This document shows, one piece after another, positions 20,612 through 31,426 of a DNA stretch of 64,000 nucleotides. A program made the translations under genes and the position numbers. The notes beneath the pieces are model-generated. The model did not search any database. It was not told the origin of the DNA and saw nothing but the letters and a program-made list of their open reading frames with translations. This stretch comes from an uncultured Bacilli bacterium (GTDB lineage: Bacteria > Bacillota_I > Bacilli_A > RF39 > UBA660). The DNA lies in the NCBI GenBank assembly GCA_944372425.1, contig CALVZC010000001.1, positions 22,444-86,443 on the forward strand, in the 5' to 3' direction. Each line of letters starts with the position of its first letter. Within the stretch, counting starts at the first letter, position 1.

Positions 20612-21277
20612 GTGAATGAACTATATGATTTATTAAATATAAAACCTAATGATAATAAATATTATATTACGGCTTTTCAACATTCGTCATATGTTAATGA
20701 AAATCATTTAAAAAGTGATTATGAAAGATTAGAATTTTTAGGGGATGCAGTTTTAGAATTAGTAATTAGTGATTATCTTTTTCAAAATCTTGAAATAAAA
20801 GAGGGGGATATGACAAAGTTACGTGCTAGTTATGTTTGTGAAAATGCTCTTTTTGAATATTCTAAAGATTTACAATTAAGTAAATATATTAAAGTTGGGC
20901 ATGGGGAAGAAATTGATGGTGGAAGATATAAAAAAGTAATACTAGCAGATATTTTTGAAGCTTTAATGGGAGCTATATATTTGGATTTGGGGTTTGATAC
21001 TGTAAAAAGGGTAATTTTAGGAATAATAGTACCTTATATAGAAAATCCCAAAGTTATATTTTTTAATGACTATAAATCAGCTTTACAAGAATTTGTCCAA
21101 ACTGAGCAAAGAAGTCTAGTGTATGAAGTCGTTTCTGAAGACGGACCAGCTCATAATAAATCTTTTACGGTTAATGTCAAAGTAGATGATATAGTTTATG
21201 GAACAGGTACTGCACCAAGCAAAAAAGAAGCAGAACAAGAAGCAGCACATGATGCTATTAGAAAGTTAGCATTGTAA
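20612..21277 (+). CDS. rnc: ribonuclease III
   Basis: GTG start. RNase III signature ERLEFLGDAVLELVISDYLF, plus a C-terminal dsRBD (GPAHNKSFTVNVKV...GTGTAPSKKEAEQEAA). Confidence 0.9.
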   Translation: MNELYDLLNIKPNDNKYYITAFQHSSYVNENHLKSDYERLEFLGDAVLELVISDYLFQNLEIKEGDMTKLRASYVCENALFEYSKDLQLSKYIKVGHGEEIDGGRYKKVILADIFEALMGAIYLDLGFDTVKRVILGIIVPYIENPKVIFFNDYKSALQEFVQTEQRSLVYEVVSEDGPAHNKSFTVNVKVDDIVYGTGTAPSKKEAEQEAAHDAIRKLAL

Positions 21278-21344
21278 ACACTATTATTTTGTTATTGCAA
21301 ATATAAAACTTTATGTTATAATTGGTTATATATTTTTAATGCTG

Positions 21345-21548
21345 TGATTAGAAAGTAGTAATAAAGTTTTTATTTTAAAGAGAGCTATTGGATGGTGGAA
21401 AATAGTAAATAATCTTTATGAATTCGTTCTATAGCTGTTATTAATAGTAAACGGTTAATTCCCGTTATAGATTAGAGAGTAGTTTTCTACTAAAATAAGG
21501 TGGTACCACGAGCATTTCGTCCTTTGGATGAAATGCTTTTATTTTTGA
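21345..21548 (+). promoter_or_regulatory. T-box leader (tRNA-sensing riboswitch) upstream of pheS and pheT
   Basis: AGAGA box near 21378. A ttc (Phe) triplet lies in gaattcgttc near 21421-21430. Conserved T-box aataaggtggtaccacg at 21494-21510. Terminator agcatttc...gaaatgct plus T-run at 21511-21548. Confidence 0.8.
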
Positions 21549-21560
21549 AAGGAGATTTTT

Positions 21561-22613
21561 ATGGATATTGAAAAAAAAGTATGTGAAATAAGGGATAATT
21601 TAAATGAAGAAATTAAAAATGTTAATAACATGAATGATTTGTCTAATTTAAAAATTAAATATTTAGGTAAAAAAGGGGTTATTACTCTTTTAACAAGTGA
21701 TATGGCAAGTTTATCAATAGAAATTAAAAAGGAAGTTGGACGTGTTGCTAATGAATTAAAGAAAGAGGCTACTGATATTATTTCAAAAATTGAGCAGGAA
21801 ATTAAAGAAAAAGAGCTAAACGAAAAGTTAAAGAGTGAAAAAATTGATATTACTTTACCAAGTACTAAGATTAATGTTGGTAGTGCTAATATATTAGAAA
21901 ATCTTATTGAAGAAATAGAAGAATTATTTCTTTCAATGGGATATGATGTAGTTGAAGGACCAGAAGTAGAAAAAGATCTATATAATTTTGAGCTTTTAAA
22001 TTTACCTAAAGGACATCCAGCTAGAGATGCTCAAGATACTTTTTATACTTTTGAGGATAGTCTTTTATTAAGAAGTCAAACTTCACCTGTTCAAATAAGA
22101 ACTATGTTAGCTAATAAGGAGAAAACACCATTACGTGTAATTTGTCCTGGTAAAACTTATAGAAGAGATGATGATGATGCGACTCATTCCCATCAATTTA
22201 CACAAATTGAAGGATTATTAGTTGATAAAAATGTATCTCTTGCAGATTTAAAAGGTACATTCGATATAGTAGCTAAAAAATTATTTGGTAATGAGAGAGA
22301 AACAAGATTTAGACCTAGTTTTTATCCATTTACTGAACCTTCTGTTGAACTTGATATCTCATGTTTTAATTGTGGCGGTAAAGGATGCAATATTTGTAAA
22401 GGTACAGGGTGGATAACCGTTGGTGGAGCTGGTATAGTTCATCATAATGTTTTAGACAACTGTGGCTATGATTCTAACGTTTGGTCAGGTTTTGCTTTTG
22501 GGTTTGGAGCAGAACGTTTAGCAATGCTAAAATATGGAATTACAGATATTAGAACTTTTTATACTAATGATTTAAGAATAAAAGATATTTTTGATAGAAA
22601 GGAGGCTGAATAA
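21561..22613 (+). CDS. pheS: phenylalanine--tRNA ligase alpha subunit
   Basis: 350 aa. GHPARDAQDTFY, FRPSFYPFTEPS, GFAFGFGAERLAML. Confidence 0.95.
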   Translation: MDIEKKVCEIRDNLNEEIKNVNNMNDLSNLKIKYLGKKGVITLLTSDMASLSIEIKKEVGRVANELKKEATDIISKIEQEIKEKELNEKLKSEKIDITLPSTKINVGSANILENLIEEIEELFLSMGYDVVEGPEVEKDLYNFELLNLPKGHPARDAQDTFYTFEDSLLLRSQTSPVQIRTMLANKEKTPLRVICPGKTYRRDDDDATHSHQFTQIEGLLVDKNVSLADLKGTFDIVAKKLFGNERETRFRPSFYPFTEPSVELDISCFNCGGKGCNICKGTGWITVGGAGIVHHNVLDNCGYDSNVWSGFAFGFGAERLAMLKYGITDIRTFYTNDLRIKDIFDRKEAE

Positions 22614-22614
22614 T

Positions 22615-24993
22615 ATGGCAATAAGTATGAATTGGGTTAAAGATTATGTTAATCTTGATGGAGTTGATTTAAAAGAGTTAGCTATTAAAGTGACTAATGC
22701 TGGAGTTAATGTAGAAAAAGTAATTAATCATAATTTGAATAATTTAGTTGTTGGGAAAGTGTTAAAATGTAGCATGCATCCTGATTCTGATCATTTGCAT
22801 GTTTGTATTGTTGATACTAAAGATGAAAAAAGACAAATTGTTTGTGGTGCTTCTAATGTAAGAGAAAATATTAAAGTAATAGTTTCTCTTCCTGGTGCTA
22901 TTTTACCAGGTGGCATTGAAATTAAATCTAGTGTAATACGTGGAGTTGAATCTAATGGTATGATATGTGCTTTATCGGAACTAGGATTGGAAGAGGAAAC
23001 ACCAGAAAATAGAGCTAAGGGTATTTATATTTTGCCAGATGATGTAGAAGTAGGTAGTGATGCAGTTAAATATTTAGGTCTTGATGATACAATATATGAA
23101 CTTGACTTAAATCCAAATAGAAATATTGATTGTACTAATCATATTGGATTTGCTTATGAAGTTGCTAGTGTATTAGGAAAAAAAGTAAAACTTCCAGAAA
23201 TTGATTATAAAGCTATTAAAGATTCGGTTAAGAAACATTTTTCTATAGAAATAAAAACTCCAAATTGCACTATGTATAATGCAAAAATGGTAAAGAATGT
23301 TGTTATTAAGGAGTCTCCTAATTTTATTAAGAATAGACTTATTGCAGCAGGTATGAGACCAATTAATAATGTTGTCGATATTTCTAATTATGTTATGTTA
23401 GAGTTTGGACAGCCATTACATTTTTTTGATAAAGATAAATTAGGAGATAAAATTTTAGTTAGAATGGCTGGAGATAATGAGACAATTGTAACTCTCGATA
23501 AAAAAGAAAGACTTTTAACAAGTGATGATATTGTTATTACAGATGGTAAAAATCCAGTATGTATTGCAGGTGTTATGGGTGGTGAAAATACAGAAATAGA
23601 TGATTCAACTAAAAATATTTTAATTGAAAGTGCTATTTTTAATTCTTATAACGTTAGATATACTTCTTTAAGACTAGATTTACGAAGTGAAGCTTCTCTT
23701 AGATATGAAAGAGGACTTAATTACGAGTATTGTAGTCTTGCTATTGAAAGAGCTTGTTATTTGCTTCAGAAATATGCTGATGGTGAAGTATTAAGTGATA
23801 CGATAGTTTATGATAATATTGATAAAGTAAAAAAAGTTGCTAATGTTACAAAAGATGAAGTTAATAATGTTTTAGGACTTTCAATGACTAACGATGATAT
23901 TAAAAAAAGTCTTAATAATTTAGGATTCGATTATAAATGTGATAAAGATAGCTATGTTGTCGAAATACCTAATAGAAGGTTAGATGTTGAAGCACATAAA
24001 CAGGATTTAATAGAAGAAATTGGAAGACTTTATGGATACGATAAAATTATATCAAAACTTCCTGTTATAGAATCCACTGCTGGTAAATATGCTGATAATG
24101 TTAAATATAGAAAAGTTATATCTAAAAGACTTAGAAGTCTAGGACTTAATGAATGTAGAACTTATACTTTAGTTAGTGATGAGGATAATAATTTATTTAA
24201 ATATGAGAGAAAAGAAAGCATTGATTTGTTGCGTCCAATGAGTAGTGATAAAAAGACTATAAGGCAAACTATAATTCCATCATTATTAAAAGTTTATGAG
24301 TATAATAAAGCACGTAAAGTTAATGATATACTCCTTTATGAAATATCTAATGTTTACTATGATATGGATAAGGAAGACACTAAAATAGCAGTTTTAATGA
24401 GTGGGAATTATTTAAATAATAATTGGCAAAAAATAGAAAATAAAGTAGATTTTTATCTTATAAAAGGAGTATTAGAGAATTTACTTAATTATTTAGGATT
24501 TAAAAATAGATATCAATTAGTTGAAAAAATAGTTGATGATATTCATCCAGGAATTTCTTGTGTTATTACGGTTGATAAAGAAGAAATTGGATATATGGGA
24601 AAAATTCATCCTAATTTAGTTAAAGATGATATATATGTTTTTGAAATTAGTATGAATAAATTAATTGATAAGAAAATTAAACCAATAAAGTTTAAAGAGA
24701 TTTCTAAATATCCATCAGTTGAAAAAGATTTAGCGTTTATTGTTGATGATAGTGTAACTTCTTTGGAAATTATCGATACAATTAAAAAGTCAGCTGGTCA
24801 TATTTTAAGTAATATTGATGTTTTTGATTTGTATAAAGGAGAAAATGTACCTGCTGATAAAAAATCTATTGCATATAATTTAACGTTTACTGATTATAAT
24901 AAAACTTTAAATGATGATGAAGTAATGAAAATATTTAATAAGATTATTAGTGATGTTGAAAGAAAACATTCGGCAATTTTAAGAGATAAGTAA
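22615..24993 (+). CDS. pheT: phenylalanine--tRNA ligase beta subunit
   Basis: ATG at 22615 after aggagg (the track start at 22591 is a TTG inside pheS). MAISMNWVKDYV, and tRNA-binding, B3/4, B5 and FDX-ACB regions of the right size. Confidence 0.95.
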   Translation: MAISMNWVKDYVNLDGVDLKELAIKVTNAGVNVEKVINHNLNNLVVGKVLKCSMHPDSDHLHVCIVDTKDEKRQIVCGASNVRENIKVIVSLPGAILPGGIEIKSSVIRGVESNGMICALSELGLEEETPENRAKGIYILPDDVEVGSDAVKYLGLDDTIYELDLNPNRNIDCTNHIGFAYEVASVLGKKVKLPEIDYKAIKDSVKKHFSIEIKTPNCTMYNAKMVKNVVIKESPNFIKNRLIAAGMRPINNVVDISNYVMLEFGQPLHFFDKDKLGDKILVRMAGDNETIVTLDKKERLLTSDDIVITDGKNPVCIAGVMGGENTEIDDSTKNILIESAIFNSYNVRYTSLRLDLRSEASLRYERGLNYEYCSLAIERACYLLQKYADGEVLSDTIVYDNIDKVKKVANVTKDEVNNVLGLSMTNDDIKKSLNNLGFDYKCDKDSYVVEIPNRRLDVEAHKQDLIEEIGRLYGYDKIISKLPVIESTAGKYADNVKYRKVISKRLRSLGLNECRTYTLVSDEDNNLFKYERKESIDLLRPMSSDKKTIRQTIIPSLLKVYEYNKARKVNDILLYEISNVYYDMDKEDTKIAVLMSGNYLNNNWQKIENKVDFYLIKGVLENLLNYLGFKNRYQLVEKIVDDIHPGISCVITVDKEEIGYMGKIHPNLVKDDIYVFEISMNKLIDKKIKPIKFKEISKYPSVEKDLAFIVDDSVTSLEIIDTIKKSAGHILSNIDVFDLYKGENVPADKKSIAYNLTFTDYNKTLNDDEVMKIFNKIISDVERKHSAILRDK

Positions 24994-25242
24994 ATGTTAT
25001 TAAGTTAAACAAATAACTATTATCCTAATTTTCAAAATAAAAAAACGGATATTATATCGAGAATTAATTTAAAAATGAATTAATCATTTAGAGTGTTGAC
25101 AAAATTCAATACTCTTTTATTTTGTAAAAAAAGTATTAAAATTAATATACGATAAAAATTTCTATTTTAACCAAAAAAATTATAAAATGTATATTTGTAA
25201 ATGATGTGAGATTAAAAAGATAAGAAAAATAAAATAAATTGC

Positions 25243-25271
25243 TTGCAACATAAAAAAAAATATGTTAATAT
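25243..25271 (+). promoter_or_regulatory. sigma-A-type promoter for the tRNA pair
   Basis: -35 ttgcaa (25243-25248), 17-nt spacer, -10 taatat (25266-25271), about 17 nt before the first tRNA. Confidence 0.45.
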
Positions 25272-25287
25272 TAATTAGTCAGTTGAT

Positions 25288-25364
25288 GGACCCTTAGCTC
25301 AGTTGGTTAGAGCATCCGGCTCATAACCGGGCGGTCATAGGTTCGAGTCCTATAGGGTCCACCA
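25288..25364 (+). tRNA. tRNA with CAT anticodon (Met or lysidine-modified Ile2; the acceptor and D arms look Ile-like)
   Basis: The cloverleaf folds by hand: acceptor ggaccct/agggtcc, D arm gctc..gagc, anticodon stem tccgg/ccggg with loop ctCATaa, T arm atagg-ttcgagt-cctat, and an encoded CCA. Confidence 0.9.
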
Positions 25365-25370
25365 TTATGT

Positions 25371-25455
25371 GCGGGTGTGGCGGAATTGGCAGACGCACTA
25401 GACTTAGGATCTAGCGCCGTAAGGTTTGCAGGTTCAACTCCTGTCACCCGCACCA
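25371..25455 (+). tRNA. tRNA-Leu (anticodon TAG), class II with long variable arm
   Basis: Acceptor gcgggtg/cacccgc, anticodon stem ctaga/tctag with loop ctTAGga, long variable arm, T arm gcagg-ttcaact-cctgt, and an encoded CCA. Confidence 0.9.
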
Positions 25456-25498
25456 TTAAAGAATCTAGTTGAAATTTAGTTCAACTTACTAATAAATA

Positions 25499-25526
25499 TC
25501 AATTCTAGAAATGGAATTGATTTTTT
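25499..25526 (+). terminator. intrinsic terminator after the tRNA pair
   Basis: Hairpin tcaattc-tagaaatg-gaattga followed by tttttt. Confidence 0.5.
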
Positions 25527-25552
25527 GTTGTGTAAAAGAAAGGGAGGATTTA

Positions 25553-25825
25553 ATGGTAAATATTATTAAACAAGATTTAGATATTAAAGAAGCACTTAAA
25601 AAGAAACTAGAATTTTTATGTAGTTTTTGTAATACTAAATGTGAAATACAAAAAGGATCAATAAGAACAATAGAAAGAACAAATCTATCTTATGTTGAAC
25701 CACATAGAATAATTATTAAAGGTATTACATTTCTCGCATTTAATTATGAAACAAATATCTATATAGAAAATTTAAGTAATAAGATATTAATTAAAGATTT
25801 AGAAGAATACATTAAAAGTATTTAA
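25553..25825 (+). CDS. hypothetical small protein (first ORF of the island)
   Basis: I prefer the ATG at 25553 after gggagg, because the track start at 25511 lies inside the terminator hairpin. 90 aa, no family recognised. Confidence 0.45.
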   Translation: MVNIIKQDLDIKEALKKKLEFLCSFCNTKCEIQKGSIRTIERTNLSYVEPHRIIIKGITFLAFNYETNIYIENLSNKILIKDLEEYIKSI

Positions 25826-25870
25826 AAAGATTATCAATTCCATTTTAAATAACGATTTTAAGCCAAATAT

Positions 25871-25898
25871 TTGACATTTTATTAAAAAGTGATAGAAT
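25871..25898 (+). promoter_or_regulatory. strong sigma-A-type promoter upstream of the recombinase leader
   Basis: -35 ttgaca (25871-25876), 16-nt spacer, extended -10 tgatagaat (25890-25898). Confidence 0.5.
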
Positions 25899-25958
25899 AT
25901 AAGCCAATCAGAGATAACTATCTATTTAAGGGGGTAAATAGATGAGGTGGAAAGATAA

Positions 25959-27938
<1,980 letters not shown>

Positions 27939-28028
27939 TTATAAAATCATTAATCTAAATGTTCAATTTTATGATAGAATAAATAATTAATTAAGAAGTT
28001 TTATTCAATGATAGAAAGGATGTGGATA

Positions 28029-28656
28029 ATGAATAAAGATAATATTAAAACTGAAATAATAGTAAAAGAACAAAAAATTAGTGTTTTAAGAATTGATAAT
28101 AAAGAATTTATATCACTTACCGATTTAGCTAGATACGCAAATCCAGAAGAACCTAAAATACCTATTTATGCTTGGATGAGAAATAAAGATGTCTTAGCAT
28201 ATTTAGGATTATGGGAACAACTTAATAACGAAAACTTCAAAGGTCACGAATTCGAGACCTTTGAGAATGAGACTGGTAAAAATAATTTCTATATGTCTCC
28301 ACAAAAATGGATTAAAGAGACAAATGCTGTAGGTATTATTTCTAAATCTGGTAATAATGGTGGAACTTATGCTAGAATTTGCTAGTTGGTTATCTCCAGA
28401 GTTTAAATTATATGTAATTCAAGAATTTGAAAGATTAAAGAAAAATGAAGCATATCAAAATAAAATTGATTGGCATGCTAATAGACTTTTAGCAAAAGTT
28501 AGTTATGTAGTTCATACTGATGCTATTGAAAGTATAATAGTTTCTACTTTAACCGAAAAGCAAACGAAATTTGTATATGCTGAAGAAGCTGATGTTTTAA
28601 ATGTTGCTTTATTTGGTATGACTGCTAAAGAATGGAGAGAAAAAATGGACTACTAG
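28029..28656 (+). pseudogene. KilA-N domain protein gene, frameshifted and 3'-truncated
   Basis: ISLTDLARYANPEEPKIPIYAWMRNKDVLAYLGLWEQLNN...KSGNNGGTYA in one frame continues as LEFASWLSPEFKLYVIQEFERLKK in the +1 frame (track ORFs 28008 and 28357). The junction near 28370-28385 lacks the segment that normally lies between GGTYA and EFASW. Confidence 0.75.
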
Positions 28657-28872
28657 ATACCCTAATTGGGATATGATTTATAATGAACTTAATATTTTAT
28701 ATCCTGAACGATTAAATTGATCTTTGAAAATTATTTAATTTTATGTTATTATTAAGGTAACAAAAATGGACTGATATAATCAATCTCAAATATCTTTATT
28801 ACCATGGATTGGTAACTTTACACAAAGTTTTTTACACTCTCTAAAAATGGCTCACATTGAAGTGAGTCATTT

Positions 28873-29127
28873 TTACTTATTAATAGAAAAAACAGTAATT
28901 AATTCTTTTTGAATATTATATATATCTTCATAAAGAAAATCTAACATTTCTGATTCTGTCATATTACTATTGCTAATATAGTTTTTAACACACAAAACAC
29001 TTGGCAATTTAAGAGAGTCTTCTTTTAATTTTATTAATTCGGAAATCATAATTAATTCATTACTTATTTGATTTCTTTTTTCATCTAAAGACAAATTGGA
29101 AAAAGCTTTTTTAAATTCTTCTGTCAT
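28873..29127 (-). CDS. hypothetical 84-aa protein, translationally coupled to the upstream gene
   Basis: TAATG overlap with the stop of the 29127..30338 gene. Acidic and helical-looking. No family recognised. Confidence 0.5.
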   Translation of the reverse strand: MTEEFKKAFSNLSLDEKRNQISNELIMISELIKLKEDSLKLPSVLCVKNYISNSNMTESEMLDFLYEDIYNIQKELITVFSINK

Positions 29128-30338
29128 TATCTACTCATACCTCCGATAGAATTATCTTCAGTTGCTTCAGAAATCATTTGTTGCATTTCTTGAATATTTA
29201 AATTTGCTTGTTGCATAGCATTAATTTGTTGTACTCTAACTGAGGCATCTAATTGTCTTTGCTTATCTCTTTCTACAGTAAATGTTTTTATTGGTTCTTC
29301 ATCAGTTTTAGTTTCTGTAATTGACTGTGCTTCTTGTTTTTCTTGTAATTTCTTTTTATGTTCCTCCCAGTTTTTTTTGTATGCTTCAACGATCTGTTCA
29401 GGATTTGTATATTTTGTGCCATCTATTTCAAAATCATTAAATTTACCTATATATTTTTTTCCACATATTTCTTTTGCTACTTGCTCAATACTCATTCCAG
29501 GCAACACTTCAACTATTGTCGTGTTATTTTTTCTAGCGTAGTCATTTTCACGAGATGCTTGAGCATTTGCAACTATAGCAACAGGTTCTTCTTCGATAAT
29601 AGTATCACTTGTTTTGTCTTGTTCAATTTGTGATGAATTAGGAATTTGGTTACCAATTCTCCTCTGTGTTTCAACATAATCGCTATATACTATTGGTGCT
29701 TTTTTAGAAATATCATTTATAATTGGAATTATATTTTCTGGTGAATCTTCAATACTAACACTATTTTCAACCCAAGGTTTAGCTTTTTCGTTATTCCAAT
29801 ACAAATCAGAATAATTAGGATTAGTTGTAGCAACAAATAATTTTTTCTCACCATTATTTTTAGAATATTGAATTTCTAAATAATCATTAGGTATCTTATG
29901 TTTTAACATTGCATCTAAAGTGCTTTTCATTTCTAATGGGAGTGATTCAGGTTGTATATTTAACCCACTTGAAAGTTGGATTAACATATCTTTAAAAAAT
30001 TGTTCACCAATATTTTTAGGAACCCGTATATCGAATTTAGATATAATCCCAGGCTGATTAACAAATGTCATATTTATTCCATCAAGATTATAATATCGAT
30101 TAATTATTTTAATAATTGAACCAATATTTCTTTCACTTAACTCAAATTGCAGAAATGACATATCAGTATCTTTGTGTCCAACACAACAAGATTGAGTTAT
30201 TATATTATTTTTTAAGCAATATAGTAACAATTCTTCTAAAGCTTTGCTTCCTTCAGACCATTCTCGTGCAGCTGATTCATAATCTGTTGTTGGTATTTTG
30301 TTGACATCCACGACATGCCCATTATTGTAATCTTTCAT
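29127..30338 (-). CDS. hypothetical 403-aa protein (island cargo)
   Basis: ATG at 30338 after aggtga (the track start at 30347 is the GTG inside that RBS). N-terminal region with QSCCVGHKD, and a Q-rich coiled C-terminus. No family recognised. Confidence 0.65.
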   Translation of the reverse strand: MKDYNNGHVVDVNKIPTTDYESAAREWSEGSKALEELLLYCLKNNIITQSCCVGHKDTDMSFLQFELSERNIGSIIKIINRYYNLDGINMTFVNQPGIISKFDIRVPKNIGEQFFKDMLIQLSSGLNIQPESLPLEMKSTLDAMLKHKIPNDYLEIQYSKNNGEKKLFVATTNPNYSDLYWNNEKAKPWVENSVSIEDSPENIIPIINDISKKAPIVYSDYVETQRRIGNQIPNSSQIEQDKTSDTIIEEEPVAIVANAQASRENDYARKNNTTIVEVLPGMSIEQVAKEICGKKYIGKFNDFEIDGTKYTNPEQIVEAYKKNWEEHKKKLQEKQEAQSITETKTDEEPIKTFTVERDKQRQLDASVRVQQINAMQQANLNIQEMQQMISEATEDNSIGGMSR

Positions 30339-30413
30339 TATTATCACCTATTATATAAATTATAACATATTATTAATTAATTTTATCAATTTTATGTACA
30401 ATTGTTGATTTTA

Positions 30414-30444
30414 TTGACACTTTTTTATAAATTCATGGTATATT
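30414..30444 (+). promoter_or_regulatory. candidate promoter facing the right island edge
   Basis: -35 ttgaca (30414-30419), extended -10 tggtatatt (30436-30444). The 19-nt spacer is long. Confidence 0.3.
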
Positions 30445-30529
30445 ATATATAGAACTGATATTTATTAGTTTGTTCTTTATAGATATAAGTGTTCAAAATA
30501 GGCTCTTGTATCGCACCAGATTGATACCA

Positions 30530-30560
30530 AACTCTAACTTTTGTAGTTGGAGTTTTTTTT
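30530..30560 (+). terminator. intrinsic terminator after the tRNA-3'-like remnant
   Basis: 9-bp stem aactctaac / gttggagtt with one G-U pair, loop ttttgta, then tttttt. Confidence 0.55.
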
Positions 30561-31008
30561 GCATAAAATTACGGTGGATAATTTATTTTATACATATGAA
30601 ATTGATAGTCACTTTAACTTTTAATAATTTAAGAGTGATAAATATTAATTAAAAGTATTGTAAAAATATAAAATAAAGTAATCGAAAAACTATTTTATTT
30701 AATGTGTTGATATATTTATTAATAATTTGTAATCAAAAAAATATATAATTATATTTTTTAATACAAATAATAAATTTTAAAGTTAAATTTTATAAAAAAT
30801 TTTAGTTGGAAAATTAGTTATAAAAATATTTTATATAACGCATGAATAATATTTAATATTTTTCTATTAAGTTAGTTATCTAATTTGAAACATTTATTTA
30901 TGATTGTTTTTATCGTTAGTAAAATTTTTGATATAAAAAGCGACAAATTATTTGCTTTTTTAACAATGATTTATATTAAATTTATAGTTAATAGGAGGTC
31001 TAAGACAT

Positions 31009-31227
31009 TTGGTTACAGTAGTAGGATTTAAAGAAGATGTAAATAGTTATAGTCAATTGAATTCAGAAAATATTTTGGTCCTTGATAACGTGGATGGTAA
31101 AATACAGACTTTGTCTGAAAGAAATCGTGATCTTTATAATCAAGGTGGAAACGGCTATTATGCATTAGGACCAACAGAAAACTTTCTTGCAAAAGAAGTT
31201 TACAATATTACATATAGTAATGCTTAA
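31009..31227 (+). CDS. hypothetical 72-aa protein
   Basis: TTG start 9 nt after aggagg. No family recognised. Confidence 0.35.
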   Translation: MVTVVGFKEDVNSYSQLNSENILVLDNVDGKIQTLSERNRDLYNQGGNGYYALGPTENFLAKEVYNITYSNA

Positions 31228-31426
31228 TTTTTGAATATTGCATTTAATAATACTGATAAAATAAATTAGAAATATTGTCTATTAAAATATTTTAACTATG
31301 AATTAAAAAATATTGCACATTGTTTGTGCATTTTTTATTATATGTTTGTATAAATAGAAATTCCAACATTTTTAATCTTTAATTTTTCTTTTAAACTTGT
31401 TATAATAACATTTAGCAGGTGGTAGT

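Noticed and set aside
30470-30652. 60-aa ORF at the right edge of the island.
   Set aside because: It has no RBS, it spans a terminator hairpin, and its translation is implausible. The interval is better explained as non-coding.
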